Shown: positions 51,961 through 64,000, numbered from the stretch's first letter. The stretch: 64,000 nucleotides of DNA from Marsupella aquatica (GCA_973895155.1 OZ316894.1:26211240-26275239); one strand, 5' to 3'. Notes: generated from the sequence alone by a model not told the origin. Translations and numbers: made by a program.

Positions 51961-54010
51961 AAAATGAGGAGTAGATAAAAACATTTTGAACTTAAAAAAA
52001 AGGCTGAGTCATATAGTCATTGTGGCCATATCTTTTTCCTTCCTCAAAATCTTCTTCTCAAAATAGGGGAAGGAGAAAAATCTATTTTAGCAAAAAAAGG
52101 GTTCACCTGCAAAAGTATGGGATGAAATGGTTTAGGTTGGGATTTCATACAATCTGTACCTAAAAAATTTCACCATTAAAAAAACAGAAAAATCTCAATT
52201 GCTTTTATAAAAACTCTCCCCCCTCGCTATAAACAAAAACAGAATAAAGATGTATACTATGAAAAAATTGCACTTGAATCTTTGGGTATCAGATGGTAGT
52301 GGTCAGTGAATAATACCAAGATTTGTGACTAATTAATGAGTCCTGAACGAAAACTTAAAGACCCACACAAAAGACAAAGTGGGAGAAAACAAAGTGTAGA
52401 AAAGGAATTAAAGAGAACAAAAGCATAATAACACGCAAAGGACAAACTGGGAGGAAGGTAACTTACATAAAAGAAATTAAAGGGATAGTATCCAAAAGGT
52501 ATGGATTTTGTCCAATCCAGGGTCACAAAAAGACATCCTTTAAATCAAACGGTTGGAATTGATTCCCACCAATTCTATTTTGTAAGCAGACGATGTAGAT
52601 CTGTGACTTGCTGGAGGAAACAGTAAATGTATGAATAAAGATATTTGTGCTTTCTGCCTTCTTTGTGCCCCCGTGACAGGTGTATGTACTGTACTAGAGC
52701 TACATGTACATCCACCATCCTTGCTTCTGTAAACTAGAAAGGTCAATTGCGCAGTTTATTGTCTCATCCAAGTTGGCAAGGCCTGCTTGGAATTTTTGAG
52801 AGAAACAGTTTAGCTTCAATATGAGCAAGAATCTTCTATGAAATTATCTGTTGATGATCCTTTTAGGGCAAAGGAACTTGGAAAACACCCTTCTACCACC
52901 CACTGGAAATGCATAGATTCCTTCATGAATTTCTATTCTGCTTTTGCATAGCGCAGCTGTTTTGATACTTCTTAGTTGGTTACCTTTGCAATTTAGAAGC
53001 TTCAATAGTGACTGTTAGCTGGCCTTTCCAATATTAAGTTGGGTTTCCTGCGCAATTGTGCGATATGGAGATTCGATAGCAAGTTTAATGTTGCCCAATT
53101 GTTGAGCAGTGGATTCTTGCATTTTCAAGTAAGCCCTACCAGGCTTTCGTTGTTGACATACTTCAAGTTTACACCTTACAAACAAGCACTTGAACTAATC
53201 ACACTGCAAAAAACAGAAACTCCAAACCGGGAGACATGGTCTCAAAAGCAAAAAGAATCAATAAAAAGGACAGAAATGCCAAACCTGGTAATATGGTCCC
53301 AAAGGCAAAAAGATCCAATAAAGGGAGCGAAGGGGAAAGACACCAAAAGACCCCAACTTCACCCGTGTGCCATAGTAATCACACATCAAAATGTGTGCAC
53401 TCATTGATTTAAAGAAAATAATGAAGTTTATCATGATATGGAGGGATTTTCACCTCGATTTTCACCTAACTTCACGTGTTTCACTTGAACAGGTAGCCGT
53501 CCTTGTTATATGTGGCCTGGCCATAAGTCTATTGAAGGCTTTGAATTTGGATATCGGACACCAACACTTCAATTGTGTACTGCCTGAATTTATGCGTTCA
53601 ACATTAGTCTTATGTCTTAGACTGTCAAGGTGCGCGGAATCTACACGGAAACATGGAGAATTGGAACTGAAGGATACTAGCCTGATTACCCCTTCTTTTG
53701 AACAACCAGAATAGAGGTGAATACAAGAAAAAACCTTGCAAGAAAAAATGTTCTTCATGGTTTGTCGCCATTCCCTGCACCCCAAAAGTTAAGTGATGTA
53801 CGCGGAGTTACAATCTAGAGGCTTCACTCTAGACCTAGGCCATAAAAGTAGGTTTCTATTGTGACTTACTAGTAAGATTATAAACATTTGCACACAGTCA
53901 GGTTGAAGATGTGAAGATAGGTTGACTTTGACAGCTGGGCCAATGTGATTTAAACTGGGTTGTTGCAGTAGTGGCTTTCTAAGGGAGAATAATTGTGACC
54001 TACTTTAGTG

Positions 54011-54189
54011 GAGAGATATGCTTAGTAGACCCCCTTATGGAAAAAGTATGCTTAATGAACCCCCTCAATACTTTTCCCCAATCTGGACCGTTGATGGACC
54101 TTTCGATCTCAGATCTGGATTGTTGATAGACCTCAGGGGGTTGACCAAATAACAAGTTTCATTTTGGGGGTTGATCAAGCAAATACCTC
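54011..54189. mobile_element. Mutator-type MITE (179 bp)
   Basis: Perfect 10-bp direct repeat TACTTTAGTG at 54001-54010 and 54190-54199 flanking imperfect TIRs GAGAGATATGCTTAGTAGACCCCC / GGGGGTTGATCAAGCAAATACCTC. Confidence 0.7.
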
Positions 54190-54599
54190 TACTTTAGTGT
54201 TGGGTGACACTTTGTAACAATGCAAATAACTTCTCCTTTGCTCTACATTTTGCAAATTGTTTTTACATACTCCCATGACAAGTGTCTTCCAACTTCCTTC
54301 ATTAGCAGAGTCTGCCAATCTTGCGAGGAAGCGCTATACTGAATCTGGTGATGTGAACCCACAATTCGTTGGATTCACGGAAAGGATTAAGTTATTCCCA
54401 ACATTGCAAAATCCCAAATCATGATGCCCGTGATGATGATGACTATACGATTAGGGACGCGGATTGTGCAGTACAGTAACTACTACAGTAGTACTGTGTA
54501 CAAGGGTGGTGCAGCAAACAGGGTCGGCTGAGCTAATACGAGCTGGATGTTTTGAGTTTCCTGTTGGGACTGAACGCTCATGCACAATCGAGTTACATT

Positions 54600-54900
<301 letters not shown>

Positions 54901-55828
54901 CGACACCAATGTAATGTTCTCCCATAACTCAGTTATGCAAATTCTTAAAAGTTGTGGGATATATCCTAACAACTTTTTAACTTTAGACACAAATACACAA
55001 AGTTACAATTGAAAGCATGGGCTTTGGGCTTGACATGGTGCTGCTCCTGCTATTGGGGTGGGAGCTGACCAAGAATGAGCAAAATGGGGAGGAGGTTAGA
55101 AAATATATTTGTTTGGGGATACCTTGACTAAATTTTTGATAATTTGGGGGTACAGGATAGTAAAGAGTTTCACATATACAAGTTATTATTCTCAAGGCAG
55201 AACATTTTGTTTGTTCTTGTCTATTGTGATGACTCTGAGCTTCCAAACACGAATTGTTTATTCCTGTCTATTGTGATGGCTTTGAGGTCCCAATCGCCAG
55301 GGCTCCCATTTTATGTACAGTTGGTTTTGTTCTCAGACATGGGAAAGAGAAATTGTGATATGCCTTACTCTATGAATGCAGCGTAAGTGGAGGGACCCCT
55401 TAAATTAATTATACCGAAGCAGCCATACCAAAGTTAGTTACCAGTTCTAGATTCAACGAAGGTGGGTCAATCTCACTAATTGAACATCCACATTGGCCAA
55501 CAAACAAGGAGACATGGGAACTGTAGTATTGAAGTTCTCAACATTCTCGACATCGACAATTCTCCAATGATCTACACTCGCCACTGTACATATTTCAACG
55601 ACTCCAATAACGTTCTTTGAATCGTTTTTTTCTACGCCACCAATTACTGTCAGGTCTTCGCAATTTATCAGTCATTTCCTCGCAACACAATGCAACAAAG
55701 TGAACGAAGCTGTACCCGCATCCGTAGTTACTTGCGAGACATCATAATCGATGGAGACGGCATGCGGAATTCTCAGATGGCAAAAAGTAGAATGTATGTA
55801 CAGAATGTGAATCTGGACCGTGATTTCT

Positions 55829-56085
55829 TGTTGGAAGTTATTACTCGTAAGTAGTGTAGAAGCGACTGGCTACGACACTAGTGTGATCTTTATTGATCAC
55901 CGTTACTTGCCTTACATCACGTTGCCCAGTATGCGTGATATACGGTAGCCATCTAGGCTGTTAGTTCTAGGTCACTACTTTATGTCCATTGATCTCTTCC
56001 TCTTCCAGGGATCCATCGTTCCCTACTTATATGGCGTCCTGCGCCTTGTTCTCTTGTAGCAATAGAATATTGGTTGTTACCAACA
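55829..56085 (+). repeat. 5' LTR
   Basis: TGTTGG...CCAACA terminal inverted ends; directly followed by the PBS. Confidence 0.97.
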
Positions 56086-56363
56086 TGGTATCAGAGCTAA
56101 GGCTCTACTCGATCCACGCTAGAATTCTCTACGTTTGAAACTAGACTTAGTGTATACTCAGGTTGAGAGATTCCCTGACGTAATCACATAGCAATAGCTT
56201 TCTTAAGCTCGACTCCTACAGTATACACTCAGGTAGAAAGGATCCCTGATGTGATCATAATCTAGCATAGGATTAGAATTCCTTATGTAATAGCTTCGGT
56301 TGAGTGAAAGTTCCTCAACATTGACTAGAGCACTGTAGCACCGTATAATCATATCTGTTAGCT

Positions 56364-59300
56364 ATGGATCTTCTTAAATTGTTCTCTGAGAGCGATAAGC
56401 TTGCCGGCACTACGAATCACATGACGTGGACCATCGTGGTCAAGAACCTGCTGAAACGTGATGAGCTGTTTGCTGAGCTGAACTTTGGTGTAAAACCAGA
56501 TGCCAATGGCAACCTTGTCGATGGAGGGGCCCACTTGACTGCTTGTGAGATTGAGAAGAAGAAAGTCCGGGCCATATCTATCTTGGCCTCCATAGTGAAG
56601 CCTCAATTCTTATCTAATGTCGATAAGTTTTCCGATGATCCAGCCAAGTGCTGGGAACACTTTCACCAGCGTTTTGGAGGTGATACAATCCAACGACAGC
56701 TACTACTGGAGAAGAAGCTCCAGAACACCCGTATGAATGAAGGAGGATCGGTCAAATCCTACATCAACGAAATCAACTCACTTGCTGGACAACTGGCCAG
56801 CATGAATGCTGAAGTTGTTGAGCACCGTCTCATCCACATAGTCTTACAAGGTCTTCCTCTGAGTTGGGGCACATTTGTCTCTATGTTCAGCGCTGACCTC
56901 TCACGTTCCCCCAAGCCGACATTCACAAATCTGCTTGAACGACTCCAGTCTAATGAGTACTGGCGGAAAGGAAAGCAGACGGACACTACGGAGGAAGCTA
57001 TGGCAGTCACTCGCTCCTTTTCCTATGGACGCAGACGAGGGCGCTTCCAGCCTCGTACTGAGGGGAACTTCCCACCACGCCACTTCAGCAACCTCCGGAA
57101 CTCACGATCAATGTCTGTCGGCCGAGGACGCAGCATTGGCAGTTGCAACTATTGCGGGAAGATTGGCCATTGGGAGCCACAATGTGACCTCAAGAAGCTT
57201 GACGAAGAAATTGCAGAAATGCAGTTGAAAGCTGCTGGCATCCGCCAGTTTAAGCCACAGGCCAATGCTGCTGAGATCTCTGATAACTACTACGAAGGTG
57301 ATGAGGAAGATACTTACGATGATAGTGAAATCATGGAGGCAAATTTTACTGAGCTTGACACTAGGCACAACTCTCGAGAATGGATTCTCGACTCTGGCGC
57401 TAGCACCCATGTCACGGGTGATCCTGCTGTTTTTCGTGATCTTACTGCTGGAACTTCCTCAACTTCTGTGACTACTGCTAATGGCATCCAGCTCCCAGTG
57501 GCTGGCCACGGCACTGTTTCCATTGATCAGAATAAAGAGATTCGCAAAGTTTTGTATGTTTCTGGTCTGACACGAAATCTTCTCTCTATTGGTACTCTCA
57601 CTGATGCTGGTCATCCTATTTTGTTCAGTTCTAAATCGTGCCATGTCTTTGACAAAGATAATCCTCATCAGGTCTTCCTCACTGCTGCTCGTGATCCAAG
57701 AAATCGACTCTACAAGCTGCGTCACCCTCTTCCACATTTGGCCCTTACTCAGGCGGACCACTCACGTTTTCACCGCCACGCAAAGCTATTGGAGTCCGCC
57801 CCAGTCCTCCTTACTGAGGCCCCTGCTGAAGTTTTGCATCAAGATGTGGTTGAGCTCTGGCACCGACGGCTCAGCCACATAAATTATCAAATGGTTCACC
57901 ATATGTCCCAGGGCTCCCTGGTAACTGGTCTTCCTATGCTCCCACGAGTCAAGCGAGTTTGTGGCATTTGTGTCCAAGCCAAGCATCATCGAGAAAAGAT
58001 TCCTAAGCAATCTATTTCACGGGCCTCCCGACCATTGGAGCTTCTTCACTCTGATCTATGTGGTCCTATTCAAGGACCTTCTCGTGTTAAGTATATCCTC
58101 ACTTTTATTGATGACTTTACTCGATTCACTTGGGTCTATTTTCTGCCCCGCAAGAGCGACACCTTTGACCAGTTCAAAGCATTCAAGCTGCTGGTCGAGA
58201 ATCAATTTGATCAAAAAATTGTGTGTCTTCGATCTGATCGTGGCGGGGAGTACATGTCCACATAATTTCTCCAATTTTGCAGGACCCATGGGATTAGGCG
58301 CCAGCTTATTGTTGCTGACTCCCCTCATCAAAATGGAGTAGCTGAGCGTAAGAACCGTACATTAATTGAAGCTGCTCGGGCTATTCTACTTAGCTCCGGC
58401 ACCTCTGTGTCTCTTTGGCACGAGGCAGTTCATGCTGCCAACTACGTTCAAAATCGGTCTGGTACCCGGGCTCTGTATAAATGCACTCCGTTTGAGGCCA
58501 TTTTTGGTACCAAACCTGATCTTGGCCACCTCCGCATACTTGGCTGCACAACGTATGTTCTTCTTCCAGACTCTCTTCAGTCCAAGCTTGGCACTAAATC
58601 TCTGCGCACCACGCTTCTTGGCTATGATGACGAATCTAAAGCTTACCGTTGTTATGATGCTGCTCGTCGCCGAATTATCATCTCCAAGGATGTTACATTT
58701 GACGAAAATACCATGGGAGCTCAGGCATCGGATCATGCTGCTATCCACGCCCTCTTTCAACCCGTGCTCATTGCCCTTGGGGATGCTCTGCCTAGTATTC
58801 CTCACATTCCAGAACTTCTAGTTCCAGAGGGGGAACCTGTCCACGATGACATCCACGGAGAGATTAATCGTGAGCAAGCTGATGTTGGGGTCGAACCCGT
58901 GCAAGAACTGCCCCCCAATGAGGACATTCGACCTCTGCCTGTGGCTGCACCACAAGAACGACCACCTGCACTCCGCCACTCATTGCGGACTCATCGACCA
59001 CCTCCTTGGCACAATGACTATGACATGAGCACCTTCTTAGTCGAGTCTGCAGGACCTGAATGTGAAAATCTTTCCACGGAAGCTGCTCTCAATCACCCAG
59101 GCTGGAAGAAGGCTATGGAGGAAGAAATTGAGTCCCTTTTACAAATGGGTACCTGGGAACTTGTTTATTTGCCTGCAGGACGACGTGCACTGACCGCTAA
59201 ATGGGTATTTCAGGCTAAACCATATTCTACTCGGTTTCGCCTCAAAGCACGCCTGGTCACCCGGGGCTTTGAACAAAAATTTGGGATTGACTATAATGAG

Positions 59301-60680
59301 ACCTTTGCTCCTGTAGTCAAGTGGTCAACCCTCCGGACTATCATCGCACTTGCCGTTGCCAATGGTTGGGAATTGCATCACATGGACGTCATTACAGCAT
59401 TCCTCAACGGCACTCTCACCGAAGAAATATATATGCACCAACCGCAAGGATTTGAGATTCCTGGGAAGGAATCTATGGTGTGCCGCTTACGACGCTCCCT
59501 CTATGGTCTCAAACAATCCCCAAGAGCATGGTATAGTGAAATTGACACCCATCTTCGGGACACTGGCTGGACCCGTAGTGCTGCTGACCCCAATCTTTAT
59601 TTCTGTCATTCTGATGGTGCCATCGTTATTTTAATGCTCTACGTAGATGATTTACTTATCACCGGGAGCGATCCCACAAAAATTGCATCCACCAAGGCTC
59701 ACCTTCAGCAACGCTATCAGATGAAGGACCTGGGGTTCGTCCAAAAATACCTCGGTATTGAATTCCTTCGCACTTCTACCGGACTTTTTCTCCATCAGAC
59801 TTCCTACTGTCAGGATCTGGTCAAGGAACTGGGCATGAATAACTGCAAGCCCGAACATATACCTCTCCCTGAAGGCCATGTTCTGACTACAAACACCGAT
59901 ACTACTTCTTTCGATGTCACTGAGTACTGCCATGCTGTAGGAAAGCTTATTTTTCTCACCCACACCAGGCCTGATATTGCTTACGCTGTCGGCATAGTCA
60001 GCCGTTACATGTCTTCCCCTCAGCAACGGCACTGGGAATCTGTCAAGCATATCCTCCGGTATTTGCAGGGTACTACCGATTATGGCATTTTCTTCCAGCG
60101 CTCGTCCTCGGCCTCACTTCAAGGCTTCACTGACGCTGACTTCCTAGGTTGCCCTGACACTCGTCGGTCTCGTGGCGCCTACCTATTTCAACTTGCAGCC
60201 GGTCCTATTTCATGGTCAAGTAAGCTTCAATCAACAGTCTCCGACAGTACCACTGAAGCTGAGTATAAGGCATTATCTGAAGGGGCCAAAGAAGCAGTAC
60301 ACATTCGCAGATTACTGATGGAACTTAACATCCATCCTAGCTTGAAGGTACCACTTACGATCTCTGACCCTTCTATTCACACCGATCTTGCACATGCTGC
60401 CATCCCTACCTCCCTTGACATTCATTTACATTGTGACAACCAAGGGACCATCAAACTTGCCAAAAATCCTGTATTTCATGCTCGTACCAAACACATAGAA
60501 GGCAAGCACCATTTCGTTCGGGAAAGGGTGCTAGAGGGGGAGATCTCATTGTCATATATTAATACAATTGAAAACCCGGCTGATATCCTTACCAAGCCGC
60601 TGTCCCGACTTAAGTTTGAAAAACATAGGAGATTTATTGGCATCTTTTCCATATCTGACCTCACATTGCATCCTAGCTAA
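56364..60680 (+). pseudogene. Copia gag-pol polyprotein (about 1438 codons) with a single in-frame TAA in the integrase core
   Basis: ORFs 56364-58265 and 58407-60680 share a frame and are separated only by TAA at 58263-58265 (GGEYMST*FLQFCRTHGI). Zinc knuckle CNYCGKIGHWEPQC, protease WILDSGAS, integrase WHRRLSH/LHSDLCGP/QNGVAERKNRT, RT YVDDLL, RNase H TEAEYKAL and ADILTKPL. Confidence 0.93.
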
Positions 60681-60684
60681 ATAT

Positions 60685-60882
60685 CTACACTCCTGCACTA
60701 GACCGAGCCATAAAGTACTCCGCCTCTGCTAGTGTTCGAAAAGCCTGGTGACAGTTTCTTGGATACCCACAAACTTCTCGGTTTGCATTGACCCAAGAAG
60801 TATAGATTCCTGGCCTATGACCTACTGCGACCGCATAATAACGACGTCGGCATACACTCAGTCTCTCTTGCTTCTGCCCCAC
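60685..60882 (-). CDS. Antisense accessory ORF inside the copia element: RNase H1 N-terminal hybrid-binding domain (Cauli_VI/viroplasmin-like), about 65 aa
   Basis: Translation YYAVAVGHRPGIYTSWVNANREVCGYPRNCHQAFRTLAEAEYF matches the consensus YYAV..G..PG(I/V)Y..W..C...V.G(Y/F)....(K)F....EA..F over the whole domain. The start codon is unresolved. Confidence 0.8.
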   Translation of the reverse strand: MGQKQERLSVCRRRYYAVAVGHRPGIYTSWVNANREVCGYPRNCHQAFRTLAEAEYFMARSSAGV

Positions 60883-61055
60883 TGCGCTACAATACTTGGG
60901 GCATTTCTGCTACTCAGAGGGGGACATTGTTTGCGGCTCAATTGTTTCCACTACCAAAATTGATGGATGGACAACTCGCGGTACCGCTCACAGCATCTTT
61001 TGTTCTCCTCTCACGTCCGCTTCTCTTAATACACTCTCACTTACTCAAGAGGGGG

Positions 61056-61312
61056 TGTTGGAAGTTATTACTCGTAAGTAGTGTAGAAGCGACTGGCTAC
61101 GACACTAGTGTGATCTTTATTGATCACCGTTACTTGCCTTACATCACGTTGCCCAGTATGCGTGATATACGGTAGCCATCTAGGCTGTTAGTTCTAGGTC
61201 ACTACTTTATGTCCATTGATCTCTTCCTCTTCCAGGGATCCATCGTTCCCTACTTATATGGCGCCCTGCGCCTTGTTCTCTTGTAGCAATAGAATATTGG
61301 TTGTTACCAACA
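61056..61312 (+). repeat. 3' LTR
   Basis: Preceded by the PPT, followed by the TSD; 256 of 257 nt identical to the 5' LTR. Confidence 0.97.
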
Positions 61313-61983
61313 TTTCTTTGGCACTGATGGTCCGGACGGAAAGATTCTGACTGGACGCTTCGTTTGGCACAAATCTATGTACTTGATAGGCCGTGTTCTC
61401 TACCACAATGGCGTACTCACCATAATACAATCAATCCATTTGCTGCACATAAGTGGCAGTAGTACTGTACAGAGGGCCATGGACCTTTTCAGTCAAACAA
61501 ACCAACTGGGCCGGTCCGTCCTCCCCGTGAAGAAAAGCTTTGCATTCACCGACGACGGTGAGGAAATGCTGCACGTGTAAAGCAAGCCAAGATGGATCTG
61601 CTCAGGCTTCTATAGGCGACCTGGAATTGCAGGCAATTTCTGCTTCCACGGACAATTCAAAGCCGGGCAAGCATATGGAGCCTTGATTCCTCGTCAAAGA
61701 GTTACCACATCGCACCGCGAACTGCAGGCATGTTAAGCAACCCGGTTTGAGTTTACATGGAACTCCTGGCCTAACTGTTCCATCGAGGCCCTTATCCAAA
61801 TCCCTCTGTCCTCTACGTGGACTGTAGTGGTTGATTGTGTCGTGGATGGCGCTTCAATCAACAGGGGCAAGTGGTCCCGCTCTACAAATACTTTTCTTGA
61901 GATGAACGCAGAGAGAAGAGTGGCCATGGGCCCAGTCTCCCTCAAAGCTTCTTGATAAGTACAACGTACATTGCTATCGATCG

Positions 61984-62417
61984 TGAAGTTCACAAAGGCT
62001 GAATAGGTCCCAAAGCTGTTGACCACAAAGGTAAATGGGCAACCTTCTTGCCTCGCTGCGTTTCCACAAAATCATTGAGGTAGTAGGGATGAATATATGT
62101 CACACAAATACGACTTCTTTTCTCGATCCAAAACCACAAGAACAACCAGCGTCCCTTTCTTGTAGGTTGGACACCTGCACTCCTTCACTGATCCCGATCA
62201 TAAATGAAGTTCACTAAGGCTGAATAGGTCCCAAAGCTGTTGTAACATGCGCAACCTTCTTGCCTCGCTGCGTTTCGACAAAATCATTGAGGTAGTAGGA
62301 ATGGATATATGTCACACAAATACGGCTTCTTTTCTCGATCCAAAACCACACGAACAACCAGCGTCCCTTTCTTGTAGGTTGGACACCTGCACTCCTTCCC
62401 TGATCCCGATCATAAAT
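61984..62417. repeat. Tandem duplication, period about 221 bp
   Basis: TGAAGTTCAC.AAGGCTGAATAGGTCCCAAAGCTGTTG...TGATCCCGATCATAAAT at 61984 and 62205; produces the two near-identical ORFs at 62035 and 62247. Confidence 0.92.
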
Positions 62418-64000
62418 TTTCCTTTAATCAGTTGTGAAGTAACCTCTTGTCTTGTCGAGCCCTGCGCAGACACAACATGCAGCAATTACGTCACTGGGAT
62501 GACATATTTTACTAATTGTCCTCTCTTGACCTTCATATCGAATGTAGCGAACGATGAAATATCCGATTGAGAATGCATATAGCTAAGTTCCTGTAGTACC
62601 ATAGGGGACCGTGTCCGACCTCAGGACACTTCTCACTGGATACAAGTCCGTCAATCGTCTATAATTTTCCATCCCAACAATCCCAGGAACAAAGTGCTAG
62701 CTCTCATAGGTAAACATTTAATAAACCAAGACAACTAGCTGCTTGGGCTGGACCCGGTTCTTGTAACTAGCGCTACAAATAAACAAGGAACAACGGTATG
62801 TCGCTCCTCCCAGCCAGAGTACAAAGCGATCACCTTATGATATCTTGAACTTCAAGATCGAGAGAAAAATATATAGAAAAGGCAAAATGCCAGCTCTTGA
62901 CCTCCATTTACCAAGGCACATCCCAATTGCTCTCAGAAAATGTAAACGTTAGTTCAAGTAAAGTGTTCTTTCGTACCTCTGGCGCATGATCTATCCTGAC
63001 AATGCCATAATTACGAGATCTGGTCCAGTCGTGATGTCGAAATGAGAATGGCTGACCCACCCCACTGAGACTTCCTGCAGCTCTTAGCAGATAGTATGCT
63101 GACTTTGGCAGTGGGTGGTTGGCTATGGCACTGGTTGTTAGCTGCCGAAAGATCACTTCACGCTCCTTCACAATATCAGAGTGACCCCCACAATGCACAT
63201 CGCCTGCGCAAATTCAATATTGATCGTCAGAGGTAAGATCATATCGGAGATCATTCATCACAGACGCGAGCCTGACATTCAGAGAATAGACATCTCTACG
63301 TCGCTCCCGAAGCATCAGTAATGGAGGATGAAACCATGTCTCTGCCCCCTAGTGGGCTCAGAGAGACCAGAAGGATAGCTCGTTAGGACATGTTGTACAT
63401 CTCTAACATTGAGAATTTGCAAGGCTCCCCAATTTGAGAAGCGATGATGTGGCTGATCGCTCGAAGGGACTCCTTGTCCTAATTTCAAAACACCACACAA
63501 ACACCAAGGCATGGCAGTAGACTAGAACTGTAAATCATCTAAAAAAGTATCCGAATGAACAGAGTACATAGAATCTACAGTAGGATTTAGGAACCTTTGC
63601 CGGCTGAGGCAGGGATTAGCCATGCAGTTGAAATAGATATGATCAATACCCTAGCAGGTAGGTCTTTGCGAATCTCTGAAGTATCTCTAGACGCAAAAGA
63701 AATGTGATATTAGAGTTCGTGTTGTAAACTGCAAGCCTTGTTCGTGTTCCTTTTTGGGTTCTCCTTGCCGAGTAAGGTAATGGGTTCTACACTCTAAAGA
63801 CGTTTCGCTATTTTCACTTTGTACTTGGGTTGCGTACATTTCTGGCGCTGGCTGCTGGTATATGGGACCCAGATTTGAGACTGGCACCCTTCCCAGGGGC
63901 CTTCGTAATCGAGAGGTACACAATCAAAGCACTATACGATAGTGCTAGCGGGAAACAAACGAATGTTTTACAGATAATCTGAATAAGAATTTAACATTAA

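Larger units (their letters stand above)
55829..61312 (+). mobile_element. Full-length, young Ty1/copia LTR retrotransposon
   Basis: 257-bp TG...CA LTRs at 55829-56085 and 61056-61312 with one mismatch (56037 T vs 61264 C); TSD TTTCT (55824-55828, 61313-61317); initiator-Met PBS TGGTATCAGAGC at 56086-56097; PPT AAGAGGGGG at 61047-61055; domain order gag-PR-IN-RT-RH. Confidence 0.98.

Noticed and set aside
58263-58265. Programmed stop-codon readthrough in gag-pol
   Set aside because: The stop is inside the integrase core rather than at the gag/pol boundary and lacks a readthrough context; a nonsense mutation is simpler.
63200-63340. FILHY and TSDD words suggesting negative-strand virus RdRp motifs B and C
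   Set aside because: They lie in different frames with stops, and no motif A or other supporting context is present.

Overview
Eukaryotic land-plant genomic DNA with GT-AG introns. A bryophyte, possibly a liverwort, is inferred from gene style and a cilium-type gene but is not proven. Supported genes: BRO1/ALIX (+, 7 coding exons, 2729-7233); a two-exon, signal-peptide-bearing amidohydrolase-2 decarboxylase of microbial appearance (+, 11111-12593); a 106-aa repeat protein missed by the ORF track (-, 3 exons, 14364-16426); an 8-exon coiled-coil protein of a family typical of ciliated eukaryotes spread over 19 kb (-, 24505-43461); and ARPC4 (+, 8 exons, 47403-49782). Mobile DNA includes a very young full-length Ty1/copia element (55829-61312; 257-bp LTRs differing at 1 nt, TTTCT target-site duplication), a decayed LINE, hAT- and Mutator-type MITEs and Helitron-like ends. 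The most striking observation is that the copia element carries an antisense ORF between pol and the 3' LTR encoding a stand-alone RNase H1 hybrid-binding (caulimovirus P6-like) domain. The LTR has TATA and poly(A) signals pointing antisense, and a predicted splice would create the ORF's missing ATG. All family assignments are by motif recognition; no database searches were run.
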